Virus record (IMG/VR): IMGVR_UViG_3300012351_000009 | Length of the DNA: 64,000 nucleotides | From: a virus | Direction: 5' to 3' (one strand) | Part shown: piece after piece, positions 35,115 to 44,311 of the stretch | How the letters are laid out: each line of letters starts with the position of its first letter | Position numbering within the stretch: position 1 is the stretch's first letter | The notes under the pieces: generated by a model | Told to the model about the DNA's origin: nothing | Seen by the model: the letters and a program-made list of their open reading frames with translations, nothing else | Database searches by the model: none | Position numbers and translations under genes: made by a program

Positions 35115-38100
35115 CTAGGGGGTCGGGCCGATGTCGCTCTGGTACTCGTCGTTGCCGAATGAGTCGGTGTAGACGTCACCGCCATCAGGGATGCCGTACG
35201 TATAGGTGTAAATAGCTGAATAAATGTCGGAGAACGTCTCCGGGCCGAGCAGGATCTCGGCCAGCGGCACGACCAGGCCCTGGCCGAGCAGCTGCGCGCC
35301 GGCGGGCAGCGGCGCGGGCTCGGGCTGGGTGTAAGTCGTGTTCTGCTGGAGCAGCTGCTGGTAGGTGAAGAACCACCACTGCGGGACCGGGTTCGACCAG
35401 GCCTGCCAGTACGGGTCCTGGGCGATCGGCCCGTAGTGGTCAAGGTGGCTGACGTTCGGGCCGTGCGGCAGCCCGGGGATCCGGGGCGGCACGCCGCGGG
35501 GGTAGCACGAGTACCACGGCCGGATGGCCAGCGAGCTAAGGGTCAGGTTCGGCCGGTAGCCCTTCACCCGCCACTGGAACTGGTAGCCCTTGCCCGGGGC
35601 CGGGGGCGGGAAGACCAGGGCGCCGCTGGGGTTGGCGTTGATGCCGTAGGCCGGCCACCAGGTCAGCCCGCCGTCGTTGCTGAACTCCCAGACGATTGAG
35701 TCTTCAAAGATTGAAACGTCATCGACGCCCCACACGTCGTCGGTCAGGCCGTACTGGACCAGCTGCCAGGACAGCGTGCTGCCCAGCGGCGGCTGGAAGG
35801 TGTCGATGCCGCTCCAGCTCTGGCCCGCCGAGGCCGACCAGGGCGAGTTCGCCGCGGCCACCTGGCCCCAGGTCAGCGTCGAGGGGGCCTGAGGCTGCCC
35901 CAGGACGTAGCTGGCCGACCATTCGGTGACGGCGCCGCCGATGACGTTGACGGGCTCCTCGGCCACCACAGCGCCGCTGTCGCCGTCGAGCAGCTGGATG
36001 TACAGCGGTGCCGTCAGCGCCTTGTCGGCGAAGACGCGGGCCGCGATGTGCAGCACGCCGCTGCCGCTGACGGCGACCGGCGCCCCGGTGTAGGCGATGC
36101 CGCCGTAGGGGATCGTCGAGGGATTGCCCTCCAGCTGCAGCCAGGACAGCGCCGGCGCTGTGAAGTTTGACCACAGCGCGTAGGACGCCATCATCTGGGC
36201 CCACCAGATCTGGCCCGGCGCCCGGGAGACCATGACCATGGCGCCGAGCGGCGAGCTGGCGGTCACCGACAGGCTCAGCGGCAGCACGTCCCCGACGCCG
36301 GCCACGAACGGCAGCGCCGGGTCGGAGAACTCCGGGTCGGGCAGCAGCTGGAAGGGCGCCGCCTGGACCGAGGCGAACTGGACGCCCGTGACCTGGTGCA
36401 TCGAGTAGAAGACCGGGCTGTTCACGATGGCGGCCGAGCCCGGCGGCAGGTTGACCGGCACGGACAGCAGGTTCGGGGTCCAGGTCCAGGGGATCGTGGT
36501 CCCGATCGTCGTGTTGGCCAGCGAAGCCGGGTCCAGGCCCGCGGTGTCGCCGAAGGTGTCGATGTACTCGGCGGTGTCGCTGGTGGCCGTGTAGTCGACG
36601 CGGTACATGGTCAGCTGGGACAGGCCGACGAAGTACCCGATGCGGCTCGCGTTGGCGATGCTGACCGTCTGGTAGCTCTGCGGGCCCGTCACCACCTGCT
36701 TGGGCGCGGCCTGCGGGCTGCCCTGCCACTTCTGGAAGTTGTACAGGCTGCCGCCCTGCTTGGCCATCGTCTGGGCGGCGTGCGCGTCGGTGGCGTACAG
36801 CGCCTCGGTGGGCAGGCTCGCGCGCTGCGACGGGGGCGTCCGCGGCGGCGGGGTGTCGGAGAAGAAGTTCAGCGGCGCGATCTGCTGGCTGACCGCCAGC
36901 CCGGTATCGGCCGGGGAGGCGAAGAAGGCGCCCCAGCCGGGGATGTTCGCGCGGCTCTGGGATGCCGACTGCGAGGAGGTCAGGGGAGAGGCCGGCGGGG
37001 GCTGGGGAGCCGGGGGCGGCGCGCCGGAGACCGGGAAGACCGTGCACGTCTGCGTCGTCTCGGTGTAGAACTCGTACGGCTCGGGGGCCAGGTCGGTGAA
37101 CTCGAACTTAAAGGCGACCGCCGCGACCGGCGGGAACTGGACGAACCCGGCAGTCAGCTTGAAGCTGAGCGCGACCGGGGTCCAGATGGCCGAGGCCCAG
37201 GCCGTCCCGAGGCCCCCGTTGAATCCCCAGGGAGACAGGTCGGTCGTCCCCGTGATCACCTGGCTGACGTCGAACCGGCAGCAGGCATTCTCGGTGGTCG
37301 GCCCCGGGCCCTCCGGCGGGCAGGTGTAGTCCCGGGGGTTGCGGCCCCATTCGGTGAACTGCCGCGGGCAGCCGCCCCGGTCGGGGTCGATATCCGGTTT
37401 CTCTTGCTTGCAGATAAAACTGGTCAGCCGGTGGTTACCAGGCCAGGCGGGAGCAGCGCCTGGCACCACAATGACAGCCTGGGCATAGATAATGTTGCCT
37501 ACGCTATCGACAGGAGCGATTCTCGGATAGGCAAATGCGGTACTGGCGGGAGAGGTCTGGGCTGTACTTATCTGCGTCCAGGTATTCGCGGGAACCGTGA
37601 TGGGGACTGTATTTGAAGACAGGTAGTTATGAGATGAATCCTGCCAGTCGAAACCGATTGTCGCTGTCCCGGTCGACGTCCAGACCCATGCAGTCACCAG
37701 GTATTTCTGGAGGGCGGCAGCCGGGAACCCCGCGGCATTTTCCTCCATGGCTGCGCCCGCGCCGGCAGTCCCGACAGTGAACTGCCCCGCATATTGATAC
37801 GGAGCACCGGCAGGCGGGTTACCTGTCACGGTGAATGTACCCTGCCATCCGGCCCACCCGGTGCTGCTGCCGCCGGCGAAATACGGGTTACCATTCAGCG
37901 CGCCCCAGCCGGGCTGCTGGGAACCGCCGAACCGGATCTTCTTCGTTACAGGCAGCCCGGAGCACGGCGTCATGGTGAATGCCGGCGGACTTTGCTGCGA
38001 CCAGCAGTGCAGGTTCGCCCCGTCCCAGCCCACAGCGAACTGCACCCGTTCGTTCACCGAATGCTTAGCCGGCCAGGAGGCCAGGATACCGCCGCCTGCC

Positions 38101-39302
38101 AGGGTAAAGTTCCAGTTGCCATTGCTATACCACAGCTGAACATGACCGGCATCGCAGATCATGTAGCTACCGCCGTCATTGCGGTCGAACTGGGGCTGGC
38201 ATTCCCAGCCCATCCACCAGGGCTTGGTGAAGTCGGCCCCGGTGGCCTTGCAGTCCACGTCGAGGTAGCCGGAGACGCTGGGGAACGACAGGCCCTCGGC
38301 GTCGGGGACCGGCGGGCTGCTGCCGTTGACGACGATGACGCCGGAGCCCAGCGGGGTATCGACCGCCTGGAAGGCAGCGTCAGGCGCCGCGGTGGTGTAG
38401 TACAGGTTCAGGCTCACCCCGCTGGTCGTCGGGTCGACGTAGAAGCGGTCGATGACCTGGGCGTTCCCGCCGGAGTCGCGGGCGTCGGCGTACAAGTTGA
38501 CTACCGCCGAGGACAGCGGCTGCGGGGCGCATTTCCACGGCAGCCCGGCCAGCAGGTCGCTGGCCCGGTTCTCGCGCATGGTGAGCTGCACCGGGTTGCC
38601 CAGCACGTCATCGGCCCCGCCGAACGGCACGCGCTCAGTCGGGCAGTCCGGCGAGCGCGGCGTGTAAGGCACGTCGGCCTTGGCCAGCACCCGCATGCCG
38701 AAGTCCAGGTTGCGCACGCCCAGCGGGTACGGGCACGCCCAGCCGGAGGCGTCATGCGGGAGCTGGCCGGGGCTGACGTTGATGACGGTCTGCAGGGCCC
38801 GGGTCCCGGCCACCAGCAGCGCCCCGGCGGTCACCGGCTTGATCGGCTCGTCGTAATGGATCCAGTGCCCGGCGCCGTAGTGGTAGGGGTTCAGCCCGGC
38901 CGTCAGCGCCGCGGCGCTGTTGACCTGGGAGGGGACCGACCCGGCGATGATGAACTGCAGCACGATGCCGTTCGGGCCCGCAATCCACTGCCAGTTCCCG
39001 TTAGCGTCCCGGTAGGCCAGCGAGTACTGGGACGGGAAGTGCGGCAGGTCCAGCGTGATGTAGTTGATCAGCCGGGCCGAGGACAGCGTGACGATCATCA
39101 GCTCGTTGGACTGGTCCCCGTAGTGACGGGGCTCACTCGACCAGAACCGCTGGTCATCCGGTGCCTGCTGCGTCTTGAGGGACGCCGGGACCGCCTGGTC
39201 GACCGCGATGCCATCGACGAACAGCGGCGACCGGGCCGGCGTGGCAATCGAGCCCGGGAACGCCGTCATAAACGGGGCGTTCTGGTACGAGGGCGTGCTC
39301 AT
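35115..39302 (-). CDS. Large baseplate/minor tail protein with carbohydrate-binding-like modules
   Basis: About 1395 aa from MSTPSYQ; Trp/Thr/Gly-rich; sits in the baseplate operon. Confidence 0.75.
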   Translation of the reverse strand: MSTPSYQNAPFMTAFPGSIATPARSPLFVDGIAVDQAVPASLKTQQAPDDQRFWSSEPRHYGDQSNELMIVTLSSARLINYITLDLPHFPSQYSLAYRDANGNWQWIAGPNGIVLQFIIAGSVPSQVNSAAALTAGLNPYHYGAGHWIHYDEPIKPVTAGALLVAGTRALQTVINVSPGQLPHDASGWACPYPLGVRNLDFGMRVLAKADVPYTPRSPDCPTERVPFGGADDVLGNPVQLTMRENRASDLLAGLPWKCAPQPLSSAVVNLYADARDSGGNAQVIDRFYVDPTTSGVSLNLYYTTAAPDAAFQAVDTPLGSGVIVVNGSSPPVPDAEGLSFPSVSGYLDVDCKATGADFTKPWWMGWECQPQFDRNDGGSYMICDAGHVQLWYSNGNWNFTLAGGGILASWPAKHSVNERVQFAVGWDGANLHCWSQQSPPAFTMTPCSGLPVTKKIRFGGSQQPGWGALNGNPYFAGGSSTGWAGWQGTFTVTGNPPAGAPYQYAGQFTVGTAGAGAAMEENAAGFPAAALQKYLVTAWVWTSTGTATIGFDWQDSSHNYLSSNTVPITVPANTWTQISTAQTSPASTAFAYPRIAPVDSVGNIIYAQAVIVVPGAAPAWPGNHRLTSFICKQEKPDIDPDRGGCPRQFTEWGRNPRDYTCPPEGPGPTTENACCRFDVSQVITGTTDLSPWGFNGGLGTAWASAIWTPVALSFKLTAGFVQFPPVAAVAFKFEFTDLAPEPYEFYTETTQTCTVFPVSGAPPPAPQPPPASPLTSSQSASQSRANIPGWGAFFASPADTGLAVSQQIAPLNFFSDTPPPRTPPSQRASLPTEALYATDAHAAQTMAKQGGSLYNFQKWQGSPQAAPKQVVTGPQSYQTVSIANASRIGYFVGLSQLTMYRVDYTATSDTAEYIDTFGDTAGLDPASLANTTIGTTIPWTWTPNLLSVPVNLPPGSAAIVNSPVFYSMHQVTGVQFASVQAAPFQLLPDPEFSDPALPFVAGVGDVLPLSLSVTASSPLGAMVMVSRAPGQIWWAQMMASYALWSNFTAPALSWLQLEGNPSTIPYGGIAYTGAPVAVSGSGVLHIAARVFADKALTAPLYIQLLDGDSGAVVAEEPVNVIGGAVTEWSASYVLGQPQAPSTLTWGQVAAANSPWSASAGQSWSGIDTFQPPLGSTLSWQLVQYGLTDDVWGVDDVSIFEDSIVWEFSNDGGLTWWPAYGINANPSGALVFPPPAPGKGYQFQWRVKGYRPNLTLSSLAIRPWYSCYPRGVPPRIPGLPHGPNVSHLDHYGPIAQDPYWQAWSNPVPQWWFFTYQQLLQQNTTYTQPEPAPLPAGAQLLGQGLVVPLAEILLGPETFSDIYSAIYTYTYGIPDGGDVYTDSFGNDEYQSDIGPTP

Positions 39303-40711
39303 CCTGAGGTCATCACCGGGGCCCGGCTGCCTGAGTAAGGCGCGGCCACCATGGAGGCCGGCGAGGCGGCCCGCCCGGCCGCCGCGGTAGCCGGGTCGAT
39401 CACGCCCCAGGCCGGGATGTACGCCGTGTGCGGCTTCCCGGGGAAGTTGACCACCTGGTAGTTCCTGGTGTCCTTCTTGGACGCCTTCAGCACGGCCGTC
39501 GGCGAGGTGACGGGCTCCCAGGTCGAGCCGAACGTCTGGGAGACGCACGAGGCGTAGGAGTACTGGCAGCCCTGGCTCTGGGTGAACGCGGGCACGCCCG
39601 GCTTCATCGGCAGCGCGGAGTCCACCTTCTGGCCGCCGCGGTCATAGGCGGTCACGTACCCGATGTAGGGCGCCGGAGGCGGCGGCGGGCCGGGCGGGGG
39701 CGGCGGGGGCGGGTTCGGCGGCAGCGCCTTGGCGATGATCTCCCAGTAGTCGCTGTCGGCCGCCAGCCCGGCGATCGGCACGGGGCTGTCCACCAGGGAG
39801 CCGGTCGTGTCGACGCTGACCAGGGCGAAGGCCGGGGCCAGCACGCTGACCACATCCATGATGCCCGAGGCGTCGGCAACCGCCTGCTGCTGGGAGGCCA
39901 GGCCGGGGGCGTAGGTCTTCTGCGGCTGGATGACGACCTCGTTGACGGCGTTGAGCGAGAGGCCGCCGTAGGACACGGTGGCCTGGGTCTGGTTCCAGCT
40001 GCGGCCCGAGATCGCGGCCCAGGTGGGGTACGTCGTCTGGATCGAGGTCCAGGTGAGCCCCACGAGCGTCTCGATGCCCTGCAGGTTCATCAGCTGGCCG
40101 GTCTCGTAGACGTTGCAGGGGACCCGCACGATGGCCTCGGCCATCGCCTGGATGCCCGGGATGGTGCCTCCCATCGAGATGGCGCGGGCCAGCTGGATGA
40201 CGCGCTCGCGGAACCGGGAGTCGGTCGCGTGGATGTCGTCCCACCCGTCCTGGGTCGCCAGGTCGTTGTAGGGGTCGAAGGTCACGCCGGTCGCGGGGTT
40301 GAGCGGCAGCGCGCAGATGCTGCTGCGCCGGGCGGAGAACAGCGCGCCGTAGAGCGCGTCGAGGTCGTAGAAGTGCGTCCCGCTGATCGCCCCCTGCAGC
40401 CGGGCTACCTGCTGGCGCTGGCGCAGCTGGCCGGCCCCGGCCGGGCCCAGCAGCACGCTCATGAGCCGCATCAGCAGCGAGTCCGGGGTGAGGTTCCAGA
40501 CCTCCTCGGGGAAGGCAGCCAGCCGGCGGGTGAGCAGCAGGTCGGGGAACAGCAGGCCGGTGGCGGTCGAGGTCCGGTCGGGCAGCGGCGCCGCCGGGTT
40601 GACCTGGAAGCCCAGGATGGACGGCGCAGGCGTATTCGGGTAGTCGAAGATGGACGTGTCCTGGTTGACGACCCCGGGGTTCAAGCTCGTATCCCTGACG
40701 ACCAGCGGCAT
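39299..40711 (-). CDS. Baseplate wedge subunit (P2 gpI-like)
   Basis: DLDALYGALF...DSRFRERVIQLARAISMGGTIPGI; directly downstream of baseplate J. Confidence 0.7.
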   Translation of the reverse strand: MPLVVRDTSLNPGVVNQDTSIFDYPNTPAPSILGFQVNPAAPLPDRTSTATGLLFPDLLLTRRLAAFPEEVWNLTPDSLLMRLMSVLLGPAGAGQLRQRQQVARLQGAISGTHFYDLDALYGALFSARRSSICALPLNPATGVTFDPYNDLATQDGWDDIHATDSRFRERVIQLARAISMGGTIPGIQAMAEAIVRVPCNVYETGQLMNLQGIETLVGLTWTSIQTTYPTWAAISGRSWNQTQATVSYGGLSLNAVNEVVIQPQKTYAPGLASQQQAVADASGIMDVVSVLAPAFALVSVDTTGSLVDSPVPIAGLAADSDYWEIIAKALPPNPPPPPPPGPPPPPAPYIGYVTAYDRGGQKVDSALPMKPGVPAFTQSQGCQYSYASCVSQTFGSTWEPVTSPTAVLKASKKDTRNYQVVNFPGKPHTAYIPAWGVIDPATAAAGRAASPASMVAAPYSGSRAPVMTSG

Positions 40712-40745
40712 GAGTCCTCCTCTTATCTTCCGGGCGCTGGCACCG

Positions 40746-40762
40746 TGCTAGGATCATTGATA
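40746..40762 (+). promoter_or_regulatory. Extended -10 TGCTAGGAT plus CATTGATA, upstream of array 3
   Basis: Recurrent motif. Confidence 0.65.
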
Positions 40763-41213
40763 CGGCAGTCTCGGCTGGGAGGCAGTGCGGGGATCGGCAT
40801 GTCAATGCTCAGCGAGGCAGGGCGTGGTACGGCCGGGCAGTCAGCGCATGGCGATGCTTGGGCCCGGTGTGGCAGTCGAGGCACAGCTCCGCTCGTCAAG
40901 GCCAGGACATCACGGCAGTCGAGGCAGCGCGAGGTTGGGCACGGCGTCGCTCGGCGAGGCAGCCGGCGCGGGGCGGGGTAATGCTTGGCCGAGCGCGGCC
41001 GAGCGCGGCACGGTACGGCCGGGCACGGCAGCCGAGGCTTGGCAAGGCACAGCCGGGATAGGCGTGGCGCGCCGAGGCAGTTTAGGCAGGGAAGGGTTTG
41101 CTTGGATAGCGCGGCTCGGTGCGGCTGGGCAGCCGGGGCGTTGTTTGGACAGGCTAGGCCTGGCACGGCAGTCAAGGCTCGGAGGGCTCAGCGTGACTAA
41201 GCGAGGCAGGCAG
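40762..41213 (+). ncRNA. Array 3: NN-GGC pentamer units
   Basis: 40965-41033 = 13 pentamers + AGCC; several 7-9 pentamer units. Confidence 0.7.
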
Positions 41214-41395
41214 TGAGCCCCGGGGCAGACAGCAAGCAGAAAGGCCTTCCACCCCGTCGTCACTGCGCCAGGGCGCACGATCCGGTCGAGTGGTCCGGCC
41301 GGAGAGTGCGCTGCTGGTACTGCGGGAAAAAGGGCAGGCCCGGGAATTACCTGCTCTATTCAGGGCACGAGCGGGCTCCGGTCCAGATTGTCACG

Positions 41396-43219
41396 TCACA
41401 CGAAGGCACCGAACGAGTTGGCGGCCTTGGCAACCACGCTCAGCGCGCCGAACGCTGGGATCTGGGAGGCCCCGAGGACGATATCGAGTGGATTCCCGCC
41501 CGAGTCGACGTACGACTGGACGACTGTGCCGACACTGTTAACCTGCTGGATTCCGACATTGAATGCGTTCGGGGTGGCGGGATTCCAGCCCGGCACGTCA
41601 GTGCCGACCAGGAAACGGCATGCCGTCACCCCTGGGGTGTTCTCGATCTGCTGGATAACCGAGCTGGGGTAAATGGTGGCATTGAAGCCCAGGCCTGTCA
41701 GCCACGCTGCCAGTGCGTTCTGTATCGCGGAGATGGCAGTGGACTGGCTCGTATTGGGGTCGAAGATCACCGCGACGCTGATCTTCAGCAGCACCGATAG
41801 CGCCTGGTGAGCCATGACGTCGGTGGCCGCCAGCCGCCAGTTGTTCAGGTCCTGCTGGATGGCGAAGGGCACGTTGTTCCAGGTGTAGTCCGAGCCGATC
41901 GAGAGGAAGCTGCCCAGGGGCGGCGCCATCGAGGCCTGCCACTCCAGGCCGGCGTTGCTGTACGGGCCCCAGCCGCTAGCGTCGTTCTCGTGCACGATCT
42001 GGTACGCGTAGCTGATGCCGTTGGCGACGGTGCCCATCGGGTTGGCCGCGGTGGCCAGGCCGTAGTTCACGCCGCCGACGGAGATAACCGCGTCCATGGT
42101 CAGGATCGGCACGAAGGCCAGCGGGATGAAGTAGTTCCCGGCCACCGGGGGCGTGCCGTCCGGGTTGACGTAGTTGCCGGTGTAGTACGGCGCAGCCGGC
42201 GAGGAGGAGAACTGGTGCCCGGTGCTCCACGGGACAGTCTGGGCCGCGGCGATCGCGTTCACCCCTGCGCACCAGACATCAACTCTGTTGAGCACACCAG
42301 ACGCAGGGTTGTTGCGGCTCCAGGTGTCAAGATAGTTGAAGTTCACCGTGACGATCTGGCCGGGCGGGAAGTACGAGGGGTCCAGGACCTGGATCTGCGG
42401 CGGGATGACCGAGTAGTTCCACAGGTACTGCAGCCCGGGAACGGCAACGTCGCCGGCGTCGATATTGCGGCCGACCACCTGGCCGGTGGGGTAGATGAAC
42501 TGGGCATCGTTGACCGTCGAGGCCGCGACCGTGCCCACCACCTGCACCTGCTCGCGGCGGCTGGTCATCGAGCCGACGACGTTGGCTGCCTGGCAGCTGG
42601 GGTTGTTCAGCGCGATGCCCAGGAACATCTGCTCGGTGCCGGACATCGACTTGAAGGCCGTGTTCACCCAGCGGGTCTGCAGCTGGTTGTCGGTCTCCTG
42701 GGCGGTGCCCCCGGTCAGCGCGGCCAGGTTGGTGGCCGAGGCGACCTCGGAGACCGGCGTCAGCATCTGGGTCAGGGCGTTGGCCTGGACGTTGCCCGAC
42801 GGGCCCGCCACCGCGGCCTGCACCGGCACGGTGACCACCGCCACGCCGATGTTGAAGACCGCAGGCGTCAGCGTCTGCGCGACGATCGTGCCGTCCAGGG
42901 TGCTGACCTGGGTGTTGACCGGCACCGCGACGACATCGGCCGAGGTCAGCCGGGTGAAGGTGATCGTGCCGGTGGCCGCTGCCGCGGGGAACCGGCTCAT
43001 CCCGAACAGCTGCACGAAAGCGTCGAGCGCCGCGCCGGTCTGGCTGTAGATGTCGTACTGGTAGGTCAGCAGGTGCGTGTCGATCGAGGCGTCAGCAACC
43101 TGGCTGGCCACGGTGTCCAGGATCTTGCGGGTGACGCTGCCCACGCTGGTGTCCAGGTCAGGGGCGACGATCCGGAGCGCGGCGATCATCTGGGAGCTGA
43201 CGTCGCCCTGCGAAGCCAT
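41396..43219 (-). CDS. Baseplate J-like wedge protein
   Basis: PDLDTSVGSVTRKILD, ATGTITFTR, GGTAQETDNQLQTR. Confidence 0.85.
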   Translation of the reverse strand: MASQGDVSSQMIAALRIVAPDLDTSVGSVTRKILDTVASQVADASIDTHLLTYQYDIYSQTGAALDAFVQLFGMSRFPAAAATGTITFTRLTSADVVAVPVNTQVSTLDGTIVAQTLTPAVFNIGVAVVTVPVQAAVAGPSGNVQANALTQMLTPVSEVASATNLAALTGGTAQETDNQLQTRWVNTAFKSMSGTEQMFLGIALNNPSCQAANVVGSMTSRREQVQVVGTVAASTVNDAQFIYPTGQVVGRNIDAGDVAVPGLQYLWNYSVIPPQIQVLDPSYFPPGQIVTVNFNYLDTWSRNNPASGVLNRVDVWCAGVNAIAAAQTVPWSTGHQFSSSPAAPYYTGNYVNPDGTPPVAGNYFIPLAFVPILTMDAVISVGGVNYGLATAANPMGTVANGISYAYQIVHENDASGWGPYSNAGLEWQASMAPPLGSFLSIGSDYTWNNVPFAIQQDLNNWRLAATDVMAHQALSVLLKISVAVIFDPNTSQSTAISAIQNALAAWLTGLGFNATIYPSSVIQQIENTPGVTACRFLVGTDVPGWNPATPNAFNVGIQQVNSVGTVVQSYVDSGGNPLDIVLGASQIPAFGALSVVAKAANSFGAFV

Positions 43220-43272
43220 AAGCTGACGTCCCTCCTAGTGCCCGGGTCCTGTACCTTCCGAGGAGAGCACGC

Positions 43273-43803
43273 ATGCACCGGAGAAAATGGCACGGCCTGA
43301 CACTGACCGGCTGGCTGGGCTTCGTCTCCGGCGCTGCCCTGCTCGCCGCGGGCGCCTTCTTCCTTACGCTGAGGCTGCTCTCGATCGTCGACCCGCAGCA
43401 GGCCGTCCCGGCTGCTCAGGTGACGGGCCCGGTCAGCCCGGCGGCACCGGCCATCACCAAGGGTCATCCACCGCCGGCCAGGCCGGCTCACCGGCCGACC
43501 CGGGGCGGGCTCGCCTCTATCCCGGGATTCCCGGGGGCGGGTACTCCCGGGATCGCCTCGTCGTCATCGCGCCCGGCCCGGTCGTCGCCTGCCCCGGCAC
43601 CCCGGCCGCCGTCATCGACGGCCGCGCCCTCACCGACGCCGGACCCCACGCCCAGCGGCACGCCGACACCGACGACCCCGACGGGCACGCCTGGCCCGTC
43701 GAGTCCTCCCGGCACACCGCCGCCCAGCACGGCCAGCGAAACACCGTCCTCACCGGAGCCCGGCTTCAGTATCGGGCTGACTGGTAGCGGGGGCGGGATT
43801 TGA
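43273..43803 (+). CDS. Membrane-anchored Pro/Ser/Thr-rich protein
   Basis: N-terminal hydrophobic helix WLGFVSGAALLAAGAFFLTL followed by a low-complexity PST tail; AGGAG RBS. Confidence 0.6.
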   Translation: MHRRKWHGLTLTGWLGFVSGAALLAAGAFFLTLRLLSIVDPQQAVPAAQVTGPVSPAAPAITKGHPPPARPAHRPTRGGLASIPGFPGAGTPGIASSSSRPARSSPAPAPRPPSSTAAPSPTPDPTPSGTPTPTTPTGTPGPSSPPGTPPPSTASETPSSPEPGFSIGLTGSGGGI

Positions 43804-43859
43804 ACCCGCGAGCCTCTGGGTTATGAGCCCAGCGTGCTACCGAACTGCACCACCCCGCG
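43782..43859 (-). tRNA. Initiator tRNA-fMet (CAT)
   Basis: CGCGGGGTGGTGCAGTTCGGTAGCACGCTGGGCTCATAACCCAGAGGCTCGCGGGTTCAAATCCCGCCCCCGCTACCA: C1:A72-type mismatch, three G:C pairs in the anticodon stem, TTCAAAT T-loop, encoded CCA. Confidence 0.92.
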
Positions 43860-43863
43860 TGCC

Positions 43864-44304
43864 TCATACCGTAGCAGTGATGGTGCGGCTGATGCCGACT
43901 TGCTGGCCGTCTGCCGTGGTCAGCATGATCAGCACGTCGATCGTGTCAGGGTTGACGTCGAGCGAGGTGGTGATGCCGTCCACGGTGGCGATCGTGTCGG
44001 CCGCGGCGAGCTGGGCCTTGGCGCCGGTCAGCGACCAGCTGGTGATCATAAACCGCTGGGCGGCCACCAGCTGGGCCATCACCCGGGAGACCTCGCTGGC
44101 CACCATGGCATCGGTGCCGGGCCGGATCGGCTGGCCGATCCAGGAGTCCAGCACGCTGCCCCAGGTCGGCTGGAAGGGGTCGCTGCCGTAGGGCTCGGCC
44201 AGGGCGGTAGCGATCCGCTGCCGGATGTAGCCCGTCCCGGAGATAGTGCCCAGGTCGCCGCCGGTCAGGATAAGATCACCGCCGCTGATCTGGAGATCCT
44301 TCAT
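43864..44304 (-). CDS. Baseplate wedge gp25/GPW-like protein
   Basis: IRQRIATALAEPYGSDPFQPTWGS... Confidence 0.8.
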   Translation of the reverse strand: MKDLQISGGDLILTGGDLGTISGTGYIRQRIATALAEPYGSDPFQPTWGSVLDSWIGQPIRPGTDAMVASEVSRVMAQLVAAQRFMITSWSLTGAKAQLAAADTIATVDGITTSLDVNPDTIDVLIMLTTADGQQVGISRTITATV

Positions 44305-44311
44305 TTCCTAC

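Noticed and set aside
43782-43859. tRNA as attachment site of a prophage
   Set aside because: No integrase, no duplicated tRNA 3' end and no host genes in the window; both flanks are phage genes
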